Part shown: one piece after another, positions 49,302-57,605 of the stretch | Layout: every line of letters begins with the position of its first letter | How positions within the stretch are numbered: the stretch's first letter is position 1 | From: Terriglobus sp. | GTDB taxonomy: Bacteria; Acidobacteriota; Terriglobia; Terriglobales; Acidobacteriaceae | Assembly: GCA_965276945.1 (NCBI GenBank) | Contig: OZ255704.1 | Location: 1,732,082-1,796,081 of the forward strand | Direction: 5' to 3' | DNA: 64,000 nucleotides | Translations under genes and position numbers: made by a program | Notes under the pieces: generated by a model | Databases searched by the model: none | What the model saw: the letters and a program-made list of their open reading frames with translations, nothing else | Told to the model about the DNA's origin: nothing

Positions 49302-51062
49302 TTAGAAGAGTTGTCCTGCGCGTAACAGCAGGTGTTCCAGCACTGGTCCAAGCGTCAACACCGGGAAGAAAGTCAACGCACCCACGATAAGAATGACACC
49401 CGTTAACAGAACCACAAAGAGCGGCGTTGTTACAGGGAAGGTTCCGGCTGAGGCTGGCACACTCTTTTTTGCAGCAAGACTTCCTGCAATTGCCATCATC
49501 GGGACGATCATCATGAACCGGCCGACAAACATGGCCACACCCAGCGAGAAGTTATACCAGTGCGTATTGGCACTAAGTCCCGCGAAGGCCGATCCATTGT
49601 TACCTGTGGCCGACGTATAGGCATAAAGTATCTCCGAAAGGCCGTGAGGACCATGGTTCGCCAGTCCAGCAAGGCCAGGTTGTATACGCAGCGCAACAGC
49701 AGCCAGAACCAGAATGACCAATGGGAAAATCAAAAGGTAAAGCATGGCCATCTGAACATCGTAGGCCTCGATTTTCTTGCCAAGGTACTCCGGTGTCCTA
49801 CCCACCATTAGGCCGGCGATAAAGACAGCAATCACCACATACACAAGCATGCCGTACATGCCTGATCCCACGCCGCCAAAGACAATTTCTCCGAGCAGAA
49901 TGTTGGTAAGTGGAACCAACCCGCCGAGTGGTGTGAAGCTATCGTGCATGGCGTTCACCGCACCGCAACTAGCATCCGTTGTCACAGTCGCAAACAGGGC
50001 AGAGTTGGTAATTCCAAAGCGAACTTCCTTACCCTCCATGTTACCGCCCGGCTGCGTCGCGGAGACCTGCTGGTCTACGTTGTGCAGTTGAGGATTACCA
50101 CGTGCTTCAGCTGAAAAGGATACGAGCGTGCCCGCAAACCAGAGCACCGTCATTGCCGCCAGCACAGCCCACCCATGCTTGGGTGACTTCACCATCTGTC
50201 CCAACGTGACCGTCAGGCCCGCAGGAATCAAAAAGATAGAAATCATTTGAAGAAAGTTAGAAAGAGGCGTTGGATTTTCAAACGGATGTGCGCTGTTCGC
50301 GTTGAAAAATCCTCCTCCGTTCGTACCCAGCATTTTGATCGCTTCCTGCGATGCAACCGGTCCTTGTGCAATCGTCTGCGTTGACACCGTCGCGGGCTTG
50401 CCGTCGCTGCCTGTTACCGTCTGTGGCTCGACCAGTTTGACCGTGTCATACGCCTTCAGGTTCTGCACCACTCCTTGAGTAACGAGCACCAGCGCAAACA
50501 CCACGGAAAGCGGCAGCAGCACCCATAACGTCCCACGCGTCAGGTCAACCCAGAAATTTCCTAGTGTCTTCATCTCCCGCCGCGCAATTCCGCGAATGAA
50601 GGCGATCGCCAGTGCCAGTCCAACCGCGGCAGACCAGAAATTATGTGTCGTGAGACCGAGCATCTGTGTGAGATAACTCATCGTGGTCTCGGGCACATAC
50701 GCCTGCCAGTTAGTATTTGTGCTGAATGAGATAGCCGTGTTGAAGGCAAGATCTGCCGGCACACCGGGCAGATGCTGCGGGTTGAGCGGCAACAGACCCT
50801 GCAATCTCTGGATGAGATATGTAAGTACCAGGCCTGCCACGCTAAAGATCAGCATGGAGGACGTGTACTCGATCCAGTTCATCTCCTCATCGGGCCTAAC
50901 ACCTGTAGCGCGATACAGGAGTCGCTCGATGGGGCGCAGCAACGGATCCAGAAACGTTCTGCGGCCCTCAAACACCCGGGTCATGAAGCTGCCCATCGGC
51001 TTTGCTAACAGCAGCACCGCAGCAATAAATACTGCTATTTGTAACCAGCCATTCAATGACAT
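49302..51062 (-). CDS. kdpA: K+-transporting ATPase subunit A
   Basis: 586 aa and polytopic. The N-terminus [24 protein letters not shown] is typical of KdpA. The ATG overlaps the kdpF stop (TGATG). Confidence 0.96.
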   Translation of the reverse strand: MSLNGWLQIAVFIAAVLLLAKPMGSFMTRVFEGRRTFLDPLLRPIERLLYRATGVRPDEEMNWIEYTSSMLIFSVAGLVLTYLIQRLQGLLPLNPQHLPGVPADLAFNTAISFSTNTNWQAYVPETTMSYLTQMLGLTTHNFWSAAVGLALAIAFIRGIARREMKTLGNFWVDLTRGTLWVLLPLSVVFALVLVTQGVVQNLKAYDTVKLVEPQTVTGSDGKPATVSTQTIAQGPVASQEAIKMLGTNGGGFFNANSAHPFENPTPLSNFLQMISIFLIPAGLTVTLGQMVKSPKHGWAVLAAMTVLWFAGTLVSFSAEARGNPQLHNVDQQVSATQPGGNMEGKEVRFGITNSALFATVTTDASCGAVNAMHDSFTPLGGLVPLTNILLGEIVFGGVGSGMYGMLVYVVIAVFIAGLMVGRTPEYLGKKIEAYDVQMAMLYLLIFPLVILVLAAVALRIQPGLAGLANHGPHGLSEILYAYTSATGNNGSAFAGLSANTHWYNFSLGVAMFVGRFMMIVPMMAIAGSLAAKKSVPASAGTFPVTTPLFVVLLTGVILIVGALTFFPVLTLGPVLEHLLLRAGQLF

Positions 51063-51145
51063 CAGAATTTCTCCGGACGAAGCAGAGCGTAAAATAGATA
51101 CACCATCAGCAGCGCAGACACAACCAGTACGGCTAAATCTAACAT
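51062..51145 (-). CDS. kdpF: K+-transporting ATPase subunit F (27 aa; not in the ORF track)
   Basis: Hand translation of the minus strand gives [27 protein letters not shown]. This is the canonical hydrophobic KdpF with the ...LLRPEKF tail. GAAAGGAAG lies upstream, and the stop overlaps the kdpA ATG. Confidence 0.85.
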   Translation of the reverse strand: MLDLAVLVVSALLMVYLFYALLRPEKF

Positions 51146-51147
51146 GG

Positions 51148-51243
51148 CTAGCGTCTTCCTTTCAGCCGGTCACAACCATCGGCATACAGCAGCGTGGCTA
51201 GTAGAAGTAGCAAAATAGTTACCATCGATATCACATCCAACAT
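51148..51243 (-). CDS. KdpF-like 31-codon hydrophobic sORF (putative)
   Basis: Hand translation gives [37 protein letters not shown] lies 7 nt before ATG 51243. The stop lies 2 nt before the kdpF ATG. The N-terminus MLD and the LLYA/LFYA core parallel KdpF. Confidence 0.4.
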   Translation of the reverse strand: MLDVISMVTILLLLLATLLYADGCDRLKGRR

Positions 51244-51298
51244 GTTGCGTTCCTTTCACAATTTGAGTGGTATTCCTTATCGGAAGTACCGATTCGTG

Positions 51299-52726
51299 CT
51301 ACCAACTGCCTTGTTTTGTTCCCCACCAATAGACAAGACCCAGCGTTGCGGTCGTCTGCCCATGCAGGAGCACGCCGGACTGATCTGAGAAGAAAAAGCG
51401 TTGATTTGAGAAGTCGCGGCGGTACTCCGTCTTGACTGTAAAGCCCGGCGCAAAGGCATGACTTGCCACAAGGGTAATCTCCTTCAATGCCTGCGTGCTG
51501 CCGCTGAACAAGCCGCCACGATCGTCGAAATACTCGAAACGCGACGCAACATCCCAGTTCTTCGGCAGTGCGTACTTCGCGTACACAGCTCCGATCGCTA
51601 CACGGGCAGGCTGGCTGTGTGACACGGTACGATTCAGCACGTAATCCGCTTCACCCACTAGCGTCAGCTTCGGCGTGGCGTTCCATGTCGCATAGGTATC
51701 GAAGATATGCTCGCGCCCATTGGGGGCAGGCGAGATGTTAACCGTTGGCAGACCCGGCTGTGTTGGTGCGGTCGGCGTGCCAGGATTGAGGGTTGGCTGG
51801 ACATCGCGCTGCTCTTGACCAAAGTAGTAGTTCACGTTCCAGGTAACCGTTGACGCCGGTTTCAATGTCCAGAGAAATGCCTGCGATTTGAAACCGTTGA
51901 AATCTTCTGTCTGCTGAGCTCCGTTCACCAGCCAGTACGCCAGGCCTACCTTCGGCGTAATGTTATACGTTGCTCGCAGCCCCATGTGATAAAAAGGCAG
52001 ATAGTTGAACGAGTACGCCCGCGAATATGCAATCTGGTCCTTGGTGTAGTTTCCCTCGTTGCCAAGCGAGCTAGAGAACTTCCCAAAATCGAGCTGCAGC
52101 CCGCTTCCCACGGGTGCCAGGTAGCTGCCATACGCCTGGAACAGGTTCCGGTATACCTGCGGACGCTGCTCGTTGACGGGTGAACCCTGCAAGGTCTCGG
52201 TAGCCTGTCCGTACTGTAGATCAAGCCGGCCACCGAACCGTTCCGTTGATGTGGGCAGATGCTCTATGATCAGGCTGGCCTGGTTGATACTAAAACTGTT
52301 ACTGCTAACATCATAGGCACGTAGCAGATTAACCCGGCCAACCGGCTGGTCGAAGTTATACTCGTAATATCCGTCAAAGCCGAAATTGAGCGTTGTACCG
52401 CGAAAAAACGCCAGGGTAGCGGCATCCTCCGGCTTGAGTACGCTCTCACTGACAGGTAGAGCAGCGGACGCCTGTGTACTTCCCGTATCCGCGTGGCTGG
52501 CCACTGTATTCGAATCTGTTGAAGCGCTGGACGACGTTACAGGAGTACCTGCATGCGATGGCGTCTCCAGTTGGTCCAGGCGAGCAGAAATGCGCTGCAA
52601 TTCCTGCCTTAGTTCACGGATCTCATCTGCTTTACTTAGGTCTGGCGAAGCATTCTGCGCAAATGCCGTGCTTGTGATCGTCAGTGCGCCTGCTAAACAA
52701 AGTTTTGTTGCGATTGGCGGTTTCAT
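51299..52726 (-). CDS. Outer-membrane beta-barrel porin encoded inside the kdp operon
   Basis: 475 aa with signal peptide MKPPIATKLCLAGALTITSTAFA and an N-terminal coiled coil (DEIRELRQELQRISARLDQLE). The body shows an alternating beta-strand pattern and ends with aromatics (LVYWWGTKQGSW). Confidence 0.7.
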   Translation of the reverse strand: MKPPIATKLCLAGALTITSTAFAQNASPDLSKADEIRELRQELQRISARLDQLETPSHAGTPVTSSSASTDSNTVASHADTGSTQASAALPVSESVLKPEDAATLAFFRGTTLNFGFDGYYEYNFDQPVGRVNLLRAYDVSSNSFSINQASLIIEHLPTSTERFGGRLDLQYGQATETLQGSPVNEQRPQVYRNLFQAYGSYLAPVGSGLQLDFGKFSSSLGNEGNYTKDQIAYSRAYSFNYLPFYHMGLRATYNITPKVGLAYWLVNGAQQTEDFNGFKSQAFLWTLKPASTVTWNVNYYFGQEQRDVQPTLNPGTPTAPTQPGLPTVNISPAPNGREHIFDTYATWNATPKLTLVGEADYVLNRTVSHSQPARVAIGAVYAKYALPKNWDVASRFEYFDDRGGLFSGSTQALKEITLVASHAFAPGFTVKTEYRRDFSNQRFFFSDQSGVLLHGQTTATLGLVYWWGTKQGSW

Positions 52727-52789
52727 ACGTCTCGATAGCTATTCAAATGCCCGGAGCCATATAAAATCCATAAGAACGACGTTTAAACT

Positions 52790-53482
52790 TCATAACGGAC
52801 CTACACCTTCCGGTTCAAACCGGTAGCCCACCCACGGCTCATTGCGAATGTAACGGTGTTCGCCTGTTTCAATCTTTCGCCGAAGCTGGGCGACCAGAAC
52901 GCGCAGCTTTTCCATATAACCTTCGACGGCTGCTCCCCACACTGCCTTCGCCAGGTCCCGATGCGTGATCACTTCGTCAGGATGGCGCATAAAGACGGAA
53001 AGCAGAGTAAATTCTTTGGGTGTCAAATGTGTTTGGTAACCGCAGATCGCTAGAGTCCGGCCGCGAAGATTCAAGACAAAATGTCCCGCTTCCAAAGATG
53101 CCGGTGCATCTTCCTCATCAACTGTGTCGCGACGGAGATGCACGCGGACTCTGGCTAATAGCTCCGGCATGCTGAATGGCTTCGTAACGTAATCGTCCGC
53201 GCCGGTATCAAGAGCGCTCACCTTCACGGGTGGCGCGTCACGCACACTTAGTATGATGATCGGGACCTTCGATAGACGGCGGATCTCCTCGGTCAGGGCG
53301 ACGCCGTCCAGTTCCGGCATGCTCATGTCCGTGATGACAAGATCGGGGTTCGTCCGGCGAAATGCCTCAAATCCTTCCATGCCATTCGCTGCACACACCA
53401 CATCGTACCCGCTGCTGGTCAGCGATGCCCGTAACATCCGGAGTATTTGCGGTTCGTCGTCCACGATAAGAATGCGGCTCAT
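52790..53482 (-). CDS. kdpE: OmpR-family response regulator KdpE
   Basis: Contains ILIVDDEPQI and DLVITDMSMPELDG (receiver domain) plus a winged-helix region (LTPKEFTLLSVFMRHPDEVITHRDL). ATGA overlap with the upstream kdpD(N) gene. The assignment rests on context. Confidence 0.85.
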   Translation of the reverse strand: MSRILIVDDEPQILRMLRASLTSSGYDVVCAANGMEGFEAFRRTNPDLVITDMSMPELDGVALTEEIRRLSKVPIIILSVRDAPPVKVSALDTGADDYVTKPFSMPELLARVRVHLRRDTVDEEDAPASLEAGHFVLNLRGRTLAICGYQTHLTPKEFTLLSVFMRHPDEVITHRDLAKAVWGAAVEGYMEKLRVLVAQLRRKIETGEHRYIRNEPWVGYRFEPEGVGPL

Positions 53483-54609
53483 TGCGGCACCTGCGTCACA
53501 ATATGCAGATCCACATGCGGTGCCGCGGACATAAACTTCTGGATGGCTAAATAATAGAGATACTTGCGAAGGCCGGTAAGTGCCGATCGCCCAAAGAGTA
53601 CCTGCGTGATGCGCTCTTGCGTAACATAGGCCGCTGTCGCCGATGCCACACTGCTTCCCGTCAGGTGTACGATCCTGGCCCCAAGATTCGTGGCAAATTG
53701 AATGTGGCTCTCCAGTGTTACTTTGCGTTCCGGCTGCTCATCCCGTCCATTTGAAACGTGCAATACAAAAAGCTCTCCATCAAGACCGTCCGCGATCCGG
53801 GCACCGCGCACAATCAGGTCGCGGGCTTGCGGGCTGGTGCTGATGCAGACCGCAATGCGTTCTGTTACTGCCCAGTGGGCACCTAATCGCTTACGGCGAA
53901 CATAATCATCCAGTGTACGGTCAACGGCGCGGGTGACGCGCTGCAACGCCAACTCTCGCAATGCAATTAGATTTCCTTTGCGAAAGAAATTTGAGAGCGC
54001 GCGCTCTACACGCTCCATGGGATATACATCGCCTCTGCGCATGCGCGTTGCAAGCGCTTCCGGCGTCAAGTCGCTGATGACAATCTCATCCGCGCGGTCC
54101 AGAACCCAATCCGGCACAAGCTCACGGACCGCGATTCCGGTCAACGCTTGTACGCGCGTGCTCAGGCTTTCGACATGTTGAATATTGACCGTGCTGAGGA
54201 CATCGATGTTATGGCTAAGCAGGAACAGAACATCTTCATATCGCTTACCGAACCTGCTGCCTTCGATATTGGTATGCGCAAGCTCGTCCACCAGGACGAC
54301 TTGTGGTGCCCGGGCCAGAATGGCATCTACGTCCATTTCCTTGAAGATGGTGCCACGATAGTCCACTTCTTTTACGGGAACCTGCTCCAGCTTGGTACTT
54401 AGTTCAGCCGTTCCGGCTCTGCCATGCGTCTCGACAAACCCTATAACAACATCCTCGCCCCGGCTTTCCCGTCGGATTCCCTCACTTAACATGCTGTACG
54501 TTTTTCCTACACCCGGCGCGTAGCCCAAGAAGACCTTAAAGCGTCCAACCTGTTTTTCGGTTTCGCTGGAAGCCAGCCAGTCCTCAGGCGACTTTCGATT
54601 CGTTTCCAC
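53479..54609 (-). CDS. kdpD: KdpD N-terminal sensor domain + Usp domain protein (no TM or kinase part)
   Basis: 376 aa with a GTG start. GRFKVFLGYAPGVGKTYSML aligns with the E. coli KdpD N-terminus (GKLKVFFGACAGVGKTWAML, from memory). The protein ends after a Usp-like domain. Confidence 0.85.
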   Translation of the reverse strand: METNRKSPEDWLASSETEKQVGRFKVFLGYAPGVGKTYSMLSEGIRRESRGEDVVIGFVETHGRAGTAELSTKLEQVPVKEVDYRGTIFKEMDVDAILARAPQVVLVDELAHTNIEGSRFGKRYEDVLFLLSHNIDVLSTVNIQHVESLSTRVQALTGIAVRELVPDWVLDRADEIVISDLTPEALATRMRRGDVYPMERVERALSNFFRKGNLIALRELALQRVTRAVDRTLDDYVRRKRLGAHWAVTERIAVCISTSPQARDLIVRGARIADGLDGELFVLHVSNGRDEQPERKVTLESHIQFATNLGARIVHLTGSSVASATAAYVTQERITQVLFGRSALTGLRKYLYYLAIQKFMSAAPHVDLHIVTQVPQ

Positions 54610-54622
54610 TACAATTCACCTC

Positions 54623-56143
54623 ATGTATCATGGCCGATTGGTTGCGGCGTTTCGTTGGCTTACCGCATCGGCGGTTCTCGCGGGAATTGTACTCGTGTAC
54701 AGCCGTTGGTTACACGCCAACCAGACAACCGTGGCGCTCACGTTGCTCCTGCTGATCCTTGCGCTGGCAGCAAAGTGGAGCCTTCGCTATGCGCTGGTCA
54801 TCTCGCTGGCGGCTACGCTGGCGTACAACTACTTCTTTCTTCCTCCGATCGGCACGATCGCCATTGCTGACGCGCAAAACTGGCTTGCGCTGTTTGCATT
54901 CCTTGCAACTGCCCTCATCGGCAGCCGCCTGTCACAGCGCGCGCGCGATGAAGCAGATGAGATGCGGGCAAGACAGCGGGAGGTTGAGTTCTCTCTCCAA
55001 CTCAGCCGCGAGCTGTTGCAGCTGGACGATGTCGGCAACCTGGTGAACGCCTTGCCCATGCTGGTGAATCGCGTTACTGGAGCGTCATCGACGGTGCTGT
55101 ATCTGCTTGACGGTGACCGCCTGTTTCAGCACGGGACAGCCACCTGGTCTGAGGTTGAAATCCCGCATCTGCGGCAGCTTTCACTCACGCTTCGCGAGGT
55201 GGACGACTCCCAAGTTGAGGAAACGCGCATTCCGCTGATGGCCGGTGTTCGCCCGCGTGGCCTGCTTACCTTGCGGGGCGTAGTACTGTCGCGGCAAAGT
55301 CTGCAAACCATCGGCGGCCTAGTCTCCATTGCGCTGGACCGTGCGCAGGCGCTGGAAGATGTGGCCAAGAACGAGGCAAATAAAGAAAGCGAGCGGTTGC
55401 GGACTCTTATCATCGACTCCATCACGCATGAGCTGCGGACGCCGCTGACCTCGATCAAAGGTGCCGCTTCGTCCATGATCTCAAGCCCTGACATGCAGGC
55501 TGAAACGCGCATGGAATTGCTTGAAGTCATCGACGAGGAGAGCGATCGCATCAACCTGCTGGTCTCCCGTGCGACGGAGATGGCGCAGCTGGATTCGCAG
55601 CAAGTCCATATGAGCTTTCATGCCGTGGATGTGGACGTCATGCTGGAGGATGCAAAGACCGCATGCGCTAGTTCGTTCGCACATCATCCGATCAGCGTCG
55701 CCACCCCGCCTCTGCCGAAGGTTACGGCAGACTCGGAATTTATCGGCAAGGTTCTATGTAATCTGCTTGAGAATGCCGCGAAGTACTCCGTACCAGGTAC
55801 ACCCATCTTTTTATCGGCGCAACGGCAAGGCAACGAAGTGCTCGTCAATGTTGCCGATCGCGGATACGGCATCGACTCAAGCGAACAGGCACTCATCTTC
55901 GACCGGTTCTACAGAGCACGATCACATGCTGGCCAGGTCACAGGAACGGGCATGGGTTTAGCCATCAGCAAAGCCATTATCGAAGCACACGGTGGAACGT
56001 TGTCAGTCACGAGCCAACTGGGACAAGGATCCGTTTTTACCTTTACATTGCCGGTAGACGCAGGAGGGGAGCACGCGAGGAGACCACCAGAGCGAGTATT
56101 GGGAGTTGCTGCCTGTTCTCACGATCCCAGCGCTGCGGAGTAG
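54623..56143 (+). CDS. Sensor histidine kinase corresponding to the KdpD C-terminal half (4 TM/DUF4118 + GAF-like + HisKA + HATPase)
   Basis: 506 aa. Four N-terminal TM helices resemble the KdpD membrane core. H-box DSITHELRTPLTSIKG, N box CNLLENAAKYS, G boxes VADRGYGID and GTGMGLAISKAI. Confidence 0.85.
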   Translation: MYHGRLVAAFRWLTASAVLAGIVLVYSRWLHANQTTVALTLLLLILALAAKWSLRYALVISLAATLAYNYFFLPPIGTIAIADAQNWLALFAFLATALIGSRLSQRARDEADEMRARQREVEFSLQLSRELLQLDDVGNLVNALPMLVNRVTGASSTVLYLLDGDRLFQHGTATWSEVEIPHLRQLSLTLREVDDSQVEETRIPLMAGVRPRGLLTLRGVVLSRQSLQTIGGLVSIALDRAQALEDVAKNEANKESERLRTLIIDSITHELRTPLTSIKGAASSMISSPDMQAETRMELLEVIDEESDRINLLVSRATEMAQLDSQQVHMSFHAVDVDVMLEDAKTACASSFAHHPISVATPPLPKVTADSEFIGKVLCNLLENAAKYSVPGTPIFLSAQRQGNEVLVNVADRGYGIDSSEQALIFDRFYRARSHAGQVTGTGMGLAISKAIIEAHGGTLSVTSQLGQGSVFTFTLPVDAGGEHARRPPERVLGVAACSHDPSAAE

Positions 56144-56185
56144 CCCTGCAGTACTGGCTGAGCAAAGTTGCGAAGCTATGAAGAA

Positions 56186-56201
56186 TGTTTCACGTGAAAC
56201 A
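56186..56201. other. parS: parS (ParB/Spo0J-binding centromere-like site), perfect consensus palindrome
   Basis: The sequence TGTTTCACGTGAAACA is a perfect 16-bp palindrome matching the conserved parS consensus TGTTNCACGTGAAACA. It lies in the AT-rich spacer between the convergent kinase and tonB genes. Confidence 0.8.
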
Positions 56202-56346
56202 CTTGGGCCAGATGTAGAAACACGACAGACATTCGCGTGCTTGTTTCGCTATATCAACAAACGACATAAAAAACTTCGCCACGTGAAGCCAAACATCAAA
56301 GCTGCCGCACATCGCCAGTTTGGCAACTCGATTTACAGGTCGCTGT

Positions 56347-57306
56347 CTAGAAGATCTGGAAGTTTACCGCCACATTCAGCTCCACTGGCACAGCCTGGCC
56401 ACCCTTTCGAGCGGGGCGGAACTTGTACTGCGCGACGGCTTCGCGTGCCTTCTCATCCAGCCCCATGCCTACCGGACGAATGACGCGGACCTGTGTTGGG
56501 CGACCGGTCGCGTCCACGATCAGGTGCACCAGCACCTCACCCTGGAACTTCGCCTTTCGGGCTTCTTCACTGAATTCCGGGTCCACCTGAAAGATCAACT
56601 GTGGCGCGGAGACATCGCCGCCAATCTGGTAGGCACCACCGCCCGTGTTGCCGCCGCTGCCCGGTCCAAGTCCGTTGCCGCGACCACCGCCAAGACCGCC
56701 GCCGCTACCGTTGCCGAGCGAGTTCACGCCGACGTTGGGTGCGTTTGGCATGCCGAGGTTTGGCATGTTGTTGTTGGTCATGTGGAGGTTGGTTTGCACG
56801 TTGATCGCCGGATCCACCGTCAGCTTCGGTTGAATCTTCGGCGGGTTTAACGGCGGAACGATGGGAGTTGGCGAGAACTTGGGCAAGCGGCCCTGCGTTA
56901 CCGGCGCGATGTCATGCGCGCCGCCACCACCACCCATCGGCTTCGGGGCGACGACCTTCATTGGCGGAGGCGGAGGCGGCACGTCGAAACTGATGACTTT
57001 TACGTCCGGCTTCGTCGCAATGACCTTTTTGATCACCCGCGAACTCACCCAGAAGATCAGCAGGAAAATCAGCGCATGCACGACGACGGCGGTGGCCACC
57101 GTCTTGGGATCTCGCTTGACCGCCATGGGATCGGCGACGGCAATGGGCTGCGACTCCAGCACAAGGGGTGGCAGCTTCTCCGGGAAGAAGACGTCGCGGA
57201 AGCTCTGCACCAGCGAGGAGAAAGGATTGGTGCCCTGCAGCTCTTCGGGTTGACCCAGCTGCGGCCCTTGACTGCTTACAACATGCTCTAACGTCGTGTT
57301 CGCCAT
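56347..57306 (-). CDS. tonB: Energy transducer TonB
   Basis: Start MANTTLEH (57306). One TM (TAVVVHALIFLLIFWV), then a PPPPPP and Gly-rich linker, then the C-terminal TonB domain (VSAPQLIFQVDPEFSEEARKAKFQGEVLVHLIVDATGRPTQVRVIRP...YKFRPA). Confidence 0.85.
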   Translation of the reverse strand: MANTTLEHVVSSQGPQLGQPEELQGTNPFSSLVQSFRDVFFPEKLPPLVLESQPIAVADPMAVKRDPKTVATAVVVHALIFLLIFWVSSRVIKKVIATKPDVKVISFDVPPPPPPMKVVAPKPMGGGGGAHDIAPVTQGRLPKFSPTPIVPPLNPPKIQPKLTVDPAINVQTNLHMTNNNMPNLGMPNAPNVGVNSLGNGSGGGLGGGRGNGLGPGSGGNTGGGAYQIGGDVSAPQLIFQVDPEFSEEARKAKFQGEVLVHLIVDATGRPTQVRVIRPVGMGLDEKAREAVAQYKFRPARKGGQAVPVELNVAVNFQIF

Positions 57307-57605
57307 TGCCTCGGATCTCGACCGCCGCTCATGCGCGGCTGGATGTTCTGATGTACCGCCTGCCGCAGGGTTCTTACCCGCCTGGCTTGTGCCAGGTCTG
57401 TAGCGGAGCGGCGCAAAGTGCTGCGAAGTTCTGGCGCCCAATCCATTCTACAAAAATCCGGGCACACTGCTGCGCCATGCAGGTGCCTGGTTATTGGACG
57501 TAACAGCGGGCGTGGAAGTAACACGGAGTCTTTGCGCCGCTACAATGGGTATTTGGGAGTACGCGTGCATTCAGATGGACGCGCGGCTCCTGAACGAGGA
57601 CCTGG

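Noticed and set aside
56275-56290. Second CACGTGAA-containing site (TTCGCCACGTGAAGCC), 89 bp from parS, and a similar one inside psd (CGGTTCACGTGAACGT, 14998-15013)
   Set aside because: They match only 10/16 and 11/16 positions of the parS consensus. Functional parS sites normally tolerate 1-2 mismatches, so these are treated as chance CACGTG cores.
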